The position numbers were made by a program, and so were the translations under genes. A stretch of DNA of 64,000 nucleotides. Origin: Candidatus Parcubacteria bacterium. Its GTDB lineage: Bacteria > Patescibacteriota > Minisyncoccia > Minisyncoccales > JAGMDC01. The notes below the pieces were generated by a model. That model was not told where the DNA came from and ran no database searches. It saw nothing but the letters and a program-made list of their open reading frames with translations. The stretch is taken from positions 2,254-66,253 of the forward strand of contig JAGMDC010000003.1 of NCBI GenBank assembly GCA_023128895.1, given 5' to 3'. Positions 1 to 9,068 of this stretch are shown piece by piece; positions within the stretch are counted from its first letter, which is position 1, and the number at the start of each line of letters is the position of its first letter.

Positions 1-273
1 GCGAATTTTGAATTGACAAGCGATTATTCTGACATAGAAGACCAAGAGGAATTAAGCGCGGAAGAGAAGTTGAGAAAAAAAGTTATTCTTAATTACGCTT
101 TTGAGGAATTTGGATTTGATATAAAAAATCCAGAAATAATTGAAGAAAAAATTATACAAGAAGGCGAAGAAACTAAAACGATAAAATATTTCCGCACTAA
201 TCAGCCGAATTTGATTTTAGGTTTTGACGGCGTTGATTGGTGGATAGAAAAAAAAGACACTATTCAACATTGA
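1..273 (+). CDS. hypothetical acidic protein, 5' end probably outside the window
   Basis: The reading frame is open from base 1, and the track ORF 13..273 uses a TTG start. I recognised no motif. Confidence 0.35.
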   Translation, partial: ANFELTSDYSDIEDQEELSAEEKLRKKVILNYAFEEFGFDIKNPEIIEEKIIQEGEETKTIKYFRTNQPNLILGFDGVDWWIEKKDTIQH

Positions 274-384
274 CCAAATTTTATTAAAAAAGGTATAATA
301 AATATATAATTATAATAATATAACATTCTTAAAGCATTTTAGTATTCTCACAATATTATTTGATTTAAAAATTGTTAAATTTTT

Positions 385-462
385 ATTGCGGCAAAGCCGC
401 ATATTTAATCGCTTGGTCAAAATACAAAAACAAGTTTTTGTATTTTGACCTCGCTCATAATT
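385..462 (+). repeat. family-A modular hairpin element, copy A1, ending at the ATG of the downstream gene
   Basis: Contains hairpin attgcggcaaagccgcat, hairpin aaatacaaaaacaagtttttgtattt, then cctcgctcataatt directly followed by ATG at 463. Related copies lie at 7722, 18234, 29418, 31381 and 36406. Confidence 0.8.
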
Positions 463-2322
463 ATGAAAAAAATCATTTTTTTGTTTATTATTTTTGGTTT
501 AACATTTAGTTTGAGTAGTTTTGCTTTTCACAAAACATTTGAATATGAAAAATTAGAAAAAGAAGATAAAAAAAATGTTGAAAATTCAGACGCATCAGAC
601 GCATTTGATATAGGAAGTGAAAATATAAAAGACAACAACGAAATTAAAAAAAGTGACAATGAAGAGGAACAAAATGAGGAAGATATTATTGAAATAATGC
701 CAAAATCTCATTTTATTTTTCCAAAACAACAAGCAGCCATTGATGGCAAGATTGATATAACAATAGGGATAAAAGACGCGTCTTCTGTTGAGTTTCATTC
801 GCGCCGTCCAGAATCTTTGATATCGACATATATAGGAAGGGCGCAATCAAACAAGAACAATATCTGGAAGTTGGAGTTTAATACTACCCAGCATCCGAAT
901 GGAACTTATAATCTTTTTCCCAAAATTACCAATGAATATGGCGGATACACCGGCAAGGGCATAACGATAAAAATTAAAAATATTGTTGAAGAAAAAATAG
1001 AAAAAGAGAAAGAATTAAAGCAAAAAATAAAAGAAGCAGGGGAAGAGATTGAGAAGGAAGATAAAAAAATTGAGGAAGAACAAAAAAAATCTAAAAAAGA
1101 AATCAAAAAAGAGATAGACAAGTCAATAGAGAAAACTGAAAATATAATAGAAGAGCCCGAAAAAGAAATAATTAGTTCTGAAGTTAAGAAAGAAAAAGAG
1201 AAAGCAAACAAAGAAATAGATAAAGAAATAAACAAGATGGCTGATAAAATTAAAGAGGCGCAGGAATTAAAAAAAGAGATTAAAGAAAAAGAAGATGAAA
1301 AAGAGAAAACAAATGAAAAAATTAAACAAACACAAAAAGAATTGGAAAATCTTCCTGAATTGCCCATACCTGTATTAAAAAAAGATAAACAAGAAAAATT
1401 AAACGGCTATAAAAAAGAAAAAAAAGAAATTAAAAAAGAGATAGAAGATATTGAGAAAAAATTGGGAAGCATTCAGATAGAAAAGAATAATTCCAAAAAA
1501 AAGATTATAAAAATTGTTGAAAAAGTAGTAAAGCCGATAAAGGATACTTCTGAAACAAAAGTTAAATTACAAATTAGAGATATAGAAGAAAAAACAAAAA
1601 TTATTATTACTAAAAATCTTGAAAAATTAGAGACCTCAATTATCGGGGCAGAGAACAATAAAATTAAAAGAACTAAAACGCTTTTGAAAGATTCTGACCA
1701 GGATGGCATTTCAGACGCGGAAGAGATTAGATTAAATACTAACCCGTTGAACCCTGACAGCGATAACGACGGATTTTTAGACGGAGTGGAATATGTAAAC
1801 GGTTTTAACCCTTTGGATCCGTCGCCGGCAAAAAAAATTGTTTATCAAGACCCGCGCAAAGCAAAACCCAAAAAATCAGACATATATATAATAGAACAAG
1901 TAAAAACGGAAAGTTTGCCTTATGGACAGATAGGGCTGAAAATTAAAGGAAAGGGCCTGCCGAATAGTTTTGTTACTTTATATATTTTTTCCGAGCCAAT
2001 AGTAATGGTTGTCAAAACCGATGAAAAGGGCAATTGGGAATATATTTTAGATAAGCAAATAGCAGACGGACAGCACATAGTTTACGCGGCAGTAACTAAT
2101 AATACTGGAGAAATAGAAGCGAAATCAGAGCCATTCGTTTTTACAAAAAGCGGAAATAAGGTTTTTAGAATTTTTGAATCAGTCCACTTGGCAGAGATTT
2201 CTTCTCCTATTTATGCTTTGGAAAAGGGCTATACTATTTTAATAGCCGCAATTGTAATTTTGAATATAATGTTAGCGCTTCTTTTAATTGGGGTCTTGGC
2301 TAAAAGAAAAAAGGAAATTTAA
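463..2322 (+). CDS. secreted, C-terminally membrane-anchored K/E-rich coiled-coil surface protein with thrombospondin type-3-like Asp-rich Ca-binding repeats
   Basis: Signal-peptide-like N-terminus MKKIIFLFIIFGLTFSLSSFA. Long KE-rich low-complexity core. DSDQDGISDAEE...NPDSDNDGFLDGVE repeats. C-terminal hydrophobic helix followed by KRKKEI. The ATG at 463 is preferred over the TTG at 445. Confidence 0.6.
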   Translation: MKKIIFLFIIFGLTFSLSSFAFHKTFEYEKLEKEDKKNVENSDASDAFDIGSENIKDNNEIKKSDNEEEQNEEDIIEIMPKSHFIFPKQQAAIDGKIDITIGIKDASSVEFHSRRPESLISTYIGRAQSNKNNIWKLEFNTTQHPNGTYNLFPKITNEYGGYTGKGITIKIKNIVEEKIEKEKELKQKIKEAGEEIEKEDKKIEEEQKKSKKEIKKEIDKSIEKTENIIEEPEKEIISSEVKKEKEKANKEIDKEINKMADKIKEAQELKKEIKEKEDEKEKTNEKIKQTQKELENLPELPIPVLKKDKQEKLNGYKKEKKEIKKEIEDIEKKLGSIQIEKNNSKKKIIKIVEKVVKPIKDTSETKVKLQIRDIEEKTKIIITKNLEKLETSIIGAENNKIKRTKTLLKDSDQDGISDAEEIRLNTNPLNPDSDNDGFLDGVEYVNGFNPLDPSPAKKIVYQDPRKAKPKKSDIYIIEQVKTESLPYGQIGLKIKGKGLPNSFVTLYIFSEPIVMVVKTDEKGNWEYILDKQIADGQHIVYAAVTNNTGEIEAKSEPFVFTKSGNKVFRIFESVHLAEISSPIYALEKGYTILIAAIVILNIMLALLLIGVLAKRKKEI

Positions 2323-2344
2323 TTATTAACAAGGTTATTAAACA

Positions 2345-3703
2345 ATGTTATTTCTAAAAAGGATTTTTAGTTTTATCAAAAATTATCCGGGAATTTTATA
2401 TTCTTTGCTTTTGATTATTGTTATTCCATCAGCTCTTTTTTATAACACCTTATTCACGGCCAAATCTTTTCAGAAAAACATAGATACTAATTTGCAGACA
2501 AAAGCGTTAATTGTAGAGGATATTTTCAGTATATTCGCTTCTGATATTTTTTCTAAACCAGAAATTTTACAAGAAAAAATTAAAAAAATTACGGAAGAAA
2601 ATTCTGAAATTACTAATTTGAGAGTAATGAAAGAAAAAGAAGGGGGAAATTTCCAAGTTGTGGCTTCTCAAAATCCTGAAGAAATAGGAAATTTATTTTC
2701 TGAAGTTTCTCTTAACATCAGCTGGTCGCAGAATCAAAGCATAGCCAATTTAATCGGAAGCAAAGATGAAAGATTTTGGGAAGTGATAAAGCCGATTTAT
2801 AACAACGATACAGAAGAAAAAATAGGATTAGTGTCTATGGCTTTATCGCTAAAGCAGCCAGACGCTTTGATTGTTGAATCCCTTTACCGTTCTTATTTTA
2901 TAGTTATTCTTGCTATTATGTTAAGTTTGTTCCTTATAATCCAGCACACGCGGCTTTTTGGATATGTGGTTTTGTCTAAAAAATTACAGGAAGTGGATAA
3001 GATGAAAGATAATTTTATAAGAATGACCACTCATGAACTGCAGACGCCTATTACTAATATCAGAGCGTATTCCCATGTCTTAAAAGAAGAAATGGATTCT
3101 TTGTCAGACGAAGAGCGAAAAGAGCATCTTTTTAGAATAGAGTCGTCGGCAAAAAATTTAAGCGAATTGATTTATGATATTTTGGAAGTTTCCAGGATTG
3201 AGCAAGGCCGTTTGGATTTCACGTATAAGCAAATTTTTCCTGCCGGCATAATAAACGAGGTGGTACAAGAATTAAAATTAAAGGCTGACCAAAAATATTT
3301 AAAACTCACAATTGATATTTCAGAGCATCAAGCGTGTATTAACGCAAATCCCTTGCGATTAAAACAAATTATTACTAATCTTGTGGAAAACGCTATCAAA
3401 TATACTCCGAAAGGAGAAATAAAAATAGCTATGAATGTAGACGAGCAAAAAAATGAGTGTATTATTTCCATTAAAGATACTGGTTTAGGAATGTCGGCTG
3501 AACACAGCAAACGGCTTTTTGAAAGATTTTACAGAATTAAGACAAGAAACACGGCGGAAATTGCAGGCACAGGTCTCGGGCTTTGGATTACAAAACAACT
3601 TTGCGAAAAAATGAAAGGAAAAATTTTCGTGGAAAGTATGGAAGGAATTGGCTCTAAATTTACTATAATTTTTCCTTTAACAAAATTTAAAGATTTAATA
3701 TGA
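2345..3703 (+). CDS. membrane sensor histidine kinase
   Basis: Two TM segments. H-box MTTHELQTPITNIRAY. N-box LVENAIKYTP. G-boxes IKDTGLGM and GTGLGLWI. No response regulator is adjacent. Confidence 0.85.
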   Translation: MLFLKRIFSFIKNYPGILYSLLLIIVIPSALFYNTLFTAKSFQKNIDTNLQTKALIVEDIFSIFASDIFSKPEILQEKIKKITEENSEITNLRVMKEKEGGNFQVVASQNPEEIGNLFSEVSLNISWSQNQSIANLIGSKDERFWEVIKPIYNNDTEEKIGLVSMALSLKQPDALIVESLYRSYFIVILAIMLSLFLIIQHTRLFGYVVLSKKLQEVDKMKDNFIRMTTHELQTPITNIRAYSHVLKEEMDSLSDEERKEHLFRIESSAKNLSELIYDILEVSRIEQGRLDFTYKQIFPAGIINEVVQELKLKADQKYLKLTIDISEHQACINANPLRLKQIITNLVENAIKYTPKGEIKIAMNVDEQKNECIISIKDTGLGMSAEHSKRLFERFYRIKTRNTAEIAGTGLGLWITKQLCEKMKGKIFVESMEGIGSKFTIIFPLTKFKDLI

Positions 3704-4572
3704 TGAATAATTGTTCATTGGGAACAATAACCACTTATGACGGGAAAGAATTGAATGGAGTATTTTTTAACCCCGGTAAGAGAAACAAAAAAGCCCTGCT
3801 TTATGTACATGGTTTTTACGGCCATTCTGAAATTCTTAACGCCTTGTCTGACAAATTTTATAAATTAGGATATGGCTTAGCTTGTTTTGATGTTCGCGGA
3901 TATGATAAAATTCTTGAAAGGGGAAAAGTTAGAAAAGGCGCGGCTACGCGGGAATTTCAGGATTGTATTTTTGATATTGAAGCAGGCGTTAAATTTCTTT
4001 TGATAAACGGTTTTTCGGAGATTATAGTAGCCGGGATAAGCGGAGGAGCGAACAAAGCGGTTTACTATTTTTCAGGACTTCACAACAGATCTGTCAAGGG
4101 ATTAATTCTTTTGTCACCCGTGTGCGAGGGTCCCGAATTCAAGGACGCGCCCAGTGCAAGCGCGGGGCAGGATTTTGAAAATTTTAAACAAAAATTAAGC
4201 ATCTCAATAAGAAAAATCAAAAAAACAATTTTTCCGCCTAAAAAAAGAATAGATTTGGCGCCGAAATATAATAAGAATAATAAAATACAAGTGAAACAAT
4301 GGAAGCCTGATTACGATGAAAAAAAATTTTACGAAAGCCCCAGGCCCCAATTTAACGCGATGTCTAAAATTAAAAAACCCATATTGGTTGTGTTCGGCGA
4401 TAAGGGCGCGTATTTAGACAAAGACCCTGAATCCATTATAGAGATATTCAAACAAAAAGCGCAAGCAACGCAAAAATTTGATTCAGCGATTGTTGCTGGC
4501 GCAGGCCATAATTTTGACAGCAAAGAACCAGAATTAGCAAATTTAATCACCAACTGGATAGAAAAAATTTAA
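3700..4572 (+). CDS. alpha/beta-fold hydrolase
   Basis: LLYVHGFYGHSE and the nucleophile elbow GISGG. There is a 4-bp overlap with the kinase gene. Confidence 0.65.
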   Translation: MMNNCSLGTITTYDGKELNGVFFNPGKRNKKALLYVHGFYGHSEILNALSDKFYKLGYGLACFDVRGYDKILERGKVRKGAATREFQDCIFDIEAGVKFLLINGFSEIIVAGISGGANKAVYYFSGLHNRSVKGLILLSPVCEGPEFKDAPSASAGQDFENFKQKLSISIRKIKKTIFPPKKRIDLAPKYNKNNKIQVKQWKPDYDEKKFYESPRPQFNAMSKIKKPILVVFGDKGAYLDKDPESIIEIFKQKAQATQKFDSAIVAGAGHNFDSKEPELANLITNWIEKI

Positions 4573-4577
4573 ATAGC

Positions 4578-6113
4578 TTATTTCAAAAATTTTACCATAT
4601 AGGTATCTTTGAGGCGGTAATGAAGTTTACGATAATACTCGCGGGCGCCAACGCCGGAAATCACAGCAATTTTAGATAATTTGAATTCGCGCTTTGTGAT
4701 TTTTTCCGCTTCTTTAATAAGTTTTTTGCCAAGCCCTTTGTGCTGGGCAGACAAAGGCCTTTCTGAAATCCGCGCCATTTGTCCAAAAGTATGAAGTTCC
4801 CGAATAATCGCGGAATTTTTTAATATTCGTAAACGGAGCAAACTGAAAAGTTTGGTTCGTTTTTCATTTTCAAAACTTAAAAATATTTCTCTGCCCTGCG
4901 AAGCGTCATAATCCTCGCGGAATAAAAATATTTTTTCTTTTGGATTGTAATTTTCGCGAACTTCCCTGCATCTTATGCAATGGCAAACTTTGCCTTGCTT
5001 TTTCATTTCTGCTTGAACAATCTGCCTTAAATTAGAAAATTTGCTTCCAGACTCAATTTTCTGAGACGGTATATCTCTGAACAATCGCGCCACTCTAACC
5101 CAATAGGGGAGAGCCGTCTTTATTTTTATCAAAAGATTGATAAGGTCTTTGTCTGAATATGTTTTGTATTTTCCTTGTTTCCACATTTGATAAAGTTTAG
5201 TTCCTTTACACACAACGCAGGGATAAATTTTGACCCAGTCGGGCATAAATCTTGCGTTACTAAAAATTGTTTTTACGCATTCAAAATCGCGCTTGATGCT
5301 TGACCCGGGCAAGTTTGGCATTATCTGGTACAGCACCTTAAATCCGGCGTTCTTAAGCATTTGCGTTGCTTGCACAGTTTGTTCTACCAAATGCCCTCTC
5401 TGGCATTTTTCTAAAATGTCGTTATAAATTGTCTGAACTCCTAATTCCACCATTGTTACGCCCAGTTTCCTGAAATTCAAAATTTCTTTTTTGTTTATCA
5501 AATCAGGCCTTGTCTCAATTGAAATCCCAACAATTCTGCGCCTCGCTGTTTCATTGGTTATTTGGGTTTGTTGTAAATTAACGCTACCGCGCTGGTTCGC
5601 AGCGTCAAAGCATCTTTTCACAAACCAGGACTGATATCTTTTTGGATAGTAATTGAAACTGCCGCCAATAATTCTTAATTCAATTTTATCTGTTGGATGC
5701 CCCTGAATTTCCAAACTTTCAATTCTGCTTTTAGTCTGCAGATAAGGGTCAAAATTTTCCATTTTTGCGCGCTCTACCGCAGGTTCGCCCGAGAGATAAC
5801 TTTTTGGCAAACCCTTTTCGCTGGGACAGTAAATGCATTTTCCGGGACATGGATACGATTTAGTCAGAACAGAAACAACAACAACACCGGATAAACTCCT
5901 AATTTTTCTTTTTCGTAAAAGATTTTCCAAAATCAAATTTTTGTTTATTATTCCATTTTTTACTAAATTATGGTATGATTTTAGTAATTCAATATTTGAA
6001 AAAAGAGAGATTTGATATCTCTTTGACATTTTTCGTTTTATTACATCCAATCCTTTTAATGTTCTGACTCTGTCTTTTATAAGTTGTTTGACTGTTTGCT
6101 CTTTAATCATCAC
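4578..6113 (-). CDS. elp3: Elp3-type radical SAM / GNAT tRNA wobble-uridine modification enzyme
   Basis: Radical-SAM cysteine cluster CPGKCIYCP. Elp3-like core (IIGGSF, ETRPD). C-terminal GNAT motif QHKGLGKKL. Length is 511 aa. Confidence 0.85.
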   Translation of the reverse strand: MMIKEQTVKQLIKDRVRTLKGLDVIKRKMSKRYQISLFSNIELLKSYHNLVKNGIINKNLILENLLRKRKIRSLSGVVVVSVLTKSYPCPGKCIYCPSEKGLPKSYLSGEPAVERAKMENFDPYLQTKSRIESLEIQGHPTDKIELRIIGGSFNYYPKRYQSWFVKRCFDAANQRGSVNLQQTQITNETARRRIVGISIETRPDLINKKEILNFRKLGVTMVELGVQTIYNDILEKCQRGHLVEQTVQATQMLKNAGFKVLYQIMPNLPGSSIKRDFECVKTIFSNARFMPDWVKIYPCVVCKGTKLYQMWKQGKYKTYSDKDLINLLIKIKTALPYWVRVARLFRDIPSQKIESGSKFSNLRQIVQAEMKKQGKVCHCIRCREVRENYNPKEKIFLFREDYDASQGREIFLSFENEKRTKLFSLLRLRILKNSAIIRELHTFGQMARISERPLSAQHKGLGKKLIKEAEKITKREFKLSKIAVISGVGAREYYRKLHYRLKDTYMVKFLK

Positions 6114-6134
6114 TTTAATTATAACCTAAATTTT

Positions 6135-6731
6135 ATGAAAGCAACAATTTTATTCAGCGGAGGCAAAGATTCCTGTTTAGCGGCAATTATGCTGTCGCGA
6201 TTTTTTGAAGTAGAACTCATTACTTATAATTTTGGCTTGCTTGATAATTGGAAACAAGCGAAACAAGTTGCCGAAAAATTGAAATTGCCGTTCAAAATCA
6301 TAAAACTTCCGCAAAAAATTTTAGATGAGGCGGTAGAAATAACAAATAAAGACGGTTTTCCGAATAATGGGATAAAATATATCCATCAAAAAGCCCTGGA
6401 GTTCGCGTCGCAAGATTCAAAAGTTATTGCTGACGGAATGAGGCGCGACGACAGAGTTCCAATTCTATTATTATCTGAAATCAGACATTTAGAAGATAAA
6501 TTTGATGTCCATTATATCCAGCCATTGATGGGGTACAGCAGAAAAACAATTAATATATTGGTAAAGCGATTTTTTGAAATTAAAGAGTATAAAAGCGAAG
6601 ATTTTATTGGCGCGGAATATGAATTTGAACTAAGAGAAGCAATAAAGCGAAAATACGGCGTCACAGCGGTTGAAAAAATATTTCCAAAAGGCCATTCCCA
6701 AACTATTGTGATAAGGTATAATGAAATATAG
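6135..6731 (+). CDS. PP-loop ATP pyrophosphatase, MJ0570/Dph6-like (ATP_bind_4-type)
   Basis: N-terminal SGGKDS PP-loop (ILFSGGKDSCLAA). C-terminal GAEYEFEL resembles the GEGGEFET motif of Dph6-like proteins. The ATG at 6135 is preferred over the track start at 6084. Confidence 0.6.
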   Translation: MKATILFSGGKDSCLAAIMLSRFFEVELITYNFGLLDNWKQAKQVAEKLKLPFKIIKLPQKILDEAVEITNKDGFPNNGIKYIHQKALEFASQDSKVIADGMRRDDRVPILLLSEIRHLEDKFDVHYIQPLMGYSRKTINILVKRFFEIKEYKSEDFIGAEYEFELREAIKRKYGVTAVEKIFPKGHSQTIVIRYNEI

Positions 6732-6809
6732 TGCTTGCGTTATATTACGCGAACAAAGGTCGAAAATTTTAACAATAATTTGTTGGGGTTGTGGGATGCC
6801 CCATAACAT

Positions 6810-7070
6810 ATGGCGGAAGAAAAATTAGGAAAACCAATAGGAAAAATCACTCATTATTTCAGTAAAATCGGGGTGGCAGTAATTAAACTTTCAAAACCTT
6901 TGGTAAAAGGGGACGTTATTAGAATTATAGGCGGGGAAACTGATTTTGAGCAAAAAGTGAAATCAATGGAAGTGGATAACAAAAAAATAGAAAAAGCAAA
7001 ATCAAAAGACGATGTTGGTTTGAAAGTTGACGAAAAAGTAAGGGAAGGATATAAGGTATACAAGGCATGA
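6810..7070 (+). CDS. small translation-elongation-factor-like protein (EF-Tu domain-2-like beta barrel)
   Basis: An 86-aa protein. The pattern GKITHYFSKIGVAVIKLSKPLVKGDVIRI...GLKV...REGYKVYK matches the stand-alone EF-Tu-D2-like family common in archaea and CPR. Confidence 0.6.
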   Translation: MAEEKLGKPIGKITHYFSKIGVAVIKLSKPLVKGDVIRIIGGETDFEQKVKSMEVDNKKIEKAKSKDDVGLKVDEKVREGYKVYKA

Positions 7071-7092
7071 ATCCCTGCGGGATTTCACAGAA

Positions 7093-7121
7093 TTGACATG
7101 TGGATAACTTTCTGCTATACT
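7093..7121 (+). promoter_or_regulatory. near-consensus sigma70-type promoter (TTGACA-17 nt-TATACT)
   Basis: TTGACA at 7093..7098, a 17-nt spacer, and TATACT at 7116..7121. No annotated gene starts within 90 nt. Confidence 0.5.
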
Positions 7122-7158
7122 TTAAACAGTGAGGGCTTGTTTTTTTTGTTCTCAATTT

Positions 7159-7176
7159 GTTCTCAATTTTGAGAAC
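7159..7176. promoter_or_regulatory. perfect 18-bp palindrome GTTCTCAATTTTGAGAAC just downstream of the promoter (operator or 5' leader hairpin)
   Basis: The palindrome was read directly. An extra direct copy of GTTCTCAA lies at 7148..7155. Flanking ggcttg (7134..7139) and caagcc (7177..7182) can extend the stem. Confidence 0.45.
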
Positions 7177-7214
7177 CAAGCCTGATTAAAAAATAAATAT
7201 GTGGGACAAAAAAA

Positions 7215-7505
7215 ATGTGCAGGAAAGTAGGAGTAGAGGCTTTAATTGATGGGCAGGTAATGGACATTGAAACGCCAGAAGAACTTTGGGAGCGTCTATC
7301 GAAGATACAAAACAGCAGAGATGTAATGGCAGGGAGAAAAATCGAAAAAGTGAGATTATCACAGGGCGAAAGAGCGCTAGAACTCTGGATTAGCAGCAGA
7401 GTAATTGTCGGTGGCATAGCAAATGGAAAAAAATGGGGCAATTGCCCAATTTCTGACCTTAGAGAAGGGAAAAAACAAATTTGTGGTTCTTTCATTTGGA
7501 GCTAA
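7215..7505 (+). CDS. hypothetical protein or non-coding transcript (uncertain)
   Basis: A 96-aa ORF with no Shine-Dalgarno sequence, lying in a purine-rich segment where the opposite strand is also open (7163..7495). Coding status is unresolved. Confidence 0.25.
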   Translation: MCRKVGVEALIDGQVMDIETPEELWERLSKIQNSRDVMAGRKIEKVRLSQGERALELWISSRVIVGGIANGKKWGNCPISDLREGKKQICGSFIWS

Positions 7506-7583
7506 ACCAGCGGCAGCGAGGGCGAAATAGGAGGAATGGGACAAAATAAGGGACAAAAAGAGAGTTATAATATTTTATTTATG

Positions 7584-7610
7584 TCGGGGAGTTTCCTCGG
7601 CTTTTCTTTT
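7584..7610 (+). terminator. possible intrinsic terminator of the 7.1-7.6 kb unit
   Basis: A 7-bp stem (two G-U pairs), tcgggga/tcctcgg, with a 3-nt loop, followed by cttttctttt. Confidence 0.3.
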
Positions 7611-7633
7611 AGTAAAATTTATGCTATTTTCAA

Positions 7634-7696
7634 GTAAAGCGAGGGAAGTCCAAGAGAGAGTACTCGCTTGGACTTCCGAGCGAACGCAGAAAATGT
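7634..7696 (-). repeat. family-A variant module (conserved flanks, different hairpin), copy A2a
   Basis: The reverse complement reads acattttctgcgttcgctc-ggaagtccaag-cgagtactctct-cttggactt-ccctcgctttac. It has the same flanks as 16468..16539 but an unrelated stem sequence. Confidence 0.75.
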
Positions 7697-7721
7697 ATCC
7701 CGTATGGGTTCATTTTGGATT

Positions 7722-7760
7722 ATTGTGGCAAAGCCGCATAATTACTCGCTCGGAATAAAT
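7722..7760 (+). repeat. family-A element, truncated copy A2b, running into the murD start
   Basis: attgtggcaaagccgcataattactcgctcggaataaat is followed by GTG at 7761. Confidence 0.7.
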
Positions 7761-9068
7761 GTGAAAATAAAAAATTTAGAAAACAAAAAAATATTGATAT
7801 TAGGTCTTGGGCGAGAGGGGATAGATAATTTTAAATTTTTAAGGAAAATGTTTCCTAATAAAATTTTAGGGCTCGCGGACGCCAAAAGTTTGGAAAAATT
7901 AGAAGCTCGGGCAAGCGATTTGTTTAGAAAAGACAAAAAAAACAAACTTTATTTAGGCAAAAATCATCTGAATTTTTTGAAGCAATATGATTTTATAATA
8001 AAGTCCCCTGGAATACCATTCAAAAATATAGAGCGCTATATTACCAAAAAACAAAAAATCAGTTCGCAAACCGAAATTTTTTTTGAAAATTGTAAAGGAA
8101 CAATCGTCGGAGTTACTGGAACAAAAGGAAAAAGCACGACAGCATCCTTGATTTTTAAAATTTTTAGAACAGCTGGGATTAAAGCGCGTCTGGTCGGGAA
8201 CATTGGAAAACCAGTATTGTCTTTTCTGGAAAAATCAGGAAAAGATAATGTCTTTGTCTATGAACTTTCCTCGCATCAATTATGCGGATTAAAACATAGT
8301 CCGCATATCGCTGTATTTCTAAATATCTACAAAGAGCACCTTGATTATTATAAAAATTTTAAAGAGTATATTAAGGCGAAAGAAAATATATCGCGCTGGC
8401 AAAATAAACAGGATTATTTAATCTACAACGCAAAAGACAAAATCGTATCAAAATTTGCGCAAAAATCAAAAGCGAAAAAAATCCCTATTAGCCAAATCAA
8501 TTTCAAATTAAACAATACGCCCTTGCTTGGAAAGCATAATATTCAAAATATATCCGCGGCTATGGAAGTGGGAAAAATCTTTAAAATTCCAAAAAAGAAA
8601 ATTATTTCAGCGATAGAAAATTTCAAACCTTTGGCGCATCGTTTGGAATTCGTTGGTGAGTATAAAACGATAAAATTTTATAATGATTCTTTGTCAACTA
8701 TCCCGGAAACCGCTATTGCGGCTATGGATGCTTTGGGAAAAGATGTAGAAACAATTATATTAGGCGGATCTGATAGGGGACAGGACTTTACTGAATTATG
8801 TCAAAAAATTATAAAAAACAAAATTAAGACATTAATTTTGTTTCCTCCAACTGGAGAAAGGATATGGCAAAAAATTTCCAAATTAAAACACAAAAATCCT
8901 GTAAAACATTATTTTGTTAATAATATGAAAACAGCGGTAGAATTGAGTTTCAAACATACTGGAAAAGGGAAAATATGTTTAATGTCTCCAGCGTCTCCAA
9001 GTTTTAGCATTTTTAAGGATTACAAGCACAGGGGAGATTTATTCAAAAAATATATCAAAAAACAATGA
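7761..9068 (+). CDS. murD: UDP-N-acetylmuramoylalanine--D-glutamate ligase
   Basis: N-terminal Rossmann segment [12 protein letters not shown] and Mur ligase P-loop [11 protein letters not shown]. The start is uncertain: GTG 7761, ATG 7704 or ATG 7668, the latter two lying inside repeat sequence. Confidence 0.85.
   Translation: MKIKNLENKKILILGLGREGIDNFKFLRKMFPNKILGLADAKSLEKLEARASDLFRKDKKNKLYLGKNHLNFLKQYDFIIKSPGIPFKNIERYITKKQKISSQTEIFFENCKGTIVGVTGTKGKSTTASLIFKIFRTAGIKARLVGNIGKPVLSFLEKSGKDNVFVYELSSHQLCGLKHSPHIAVFLNIYKEHLDYYKNFKEYIKAKENISRWQNKQDYLIYNAKDKIVSKFAQKSKAKKIPISQINFKLNNTPLLGKHNIQNISAAMEVGKIFKIPKKKIISAIENFKPLAHRLEFVGEYKTIKFYNDSLSTIPETAIAAMDALGKDVETIILGGSDRGQDFTELCQKIIKNKIKTLILFPPTGERIWQKISKLKHKNPVKHYFVNNMKTAVELSFKHTGKGKICLMSPASPSFSIFKDYKHRGDLFKKYIKKQ

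Noticed and set aside
595-1709. Three minus-strand ORFs (595..846, 906..1367, 1473..1709) antisense to the K/E-rich surface protein gene.
   Set aside because: Purine-rich low-complexity coding sequence leaves the complementary strand free of stop codons. Their translations are poly-F/S/L nonsense.
7163-7495. A 110-aa minus-strand ORF in the purine-rich segment.
   Set aside because: The pyrimidine-rich strand lacks stop codons for compositional reasons. The translation is not protein-like.
7640-7680. The sequence GAGGGAAGTCCAAG resembles the RNase P RNA CR-I box (GAGGAAAGUCC).
   Set aside because: It is one arm of a perfect local hairpin belonging to the family-A variant module. None of the other RNase P conserved regions are nearby.
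9065-9068. Possible UGA recoding (genetic code 25), as seen in some CPR lineages.
   Set aside because: TGA works as a normal stop here. Examples are the murD stop in the ATGA overlap with ftsW, the mod remnant 2 stop, and the stop at 39378. Conserved proteins show no in-frame TGA.
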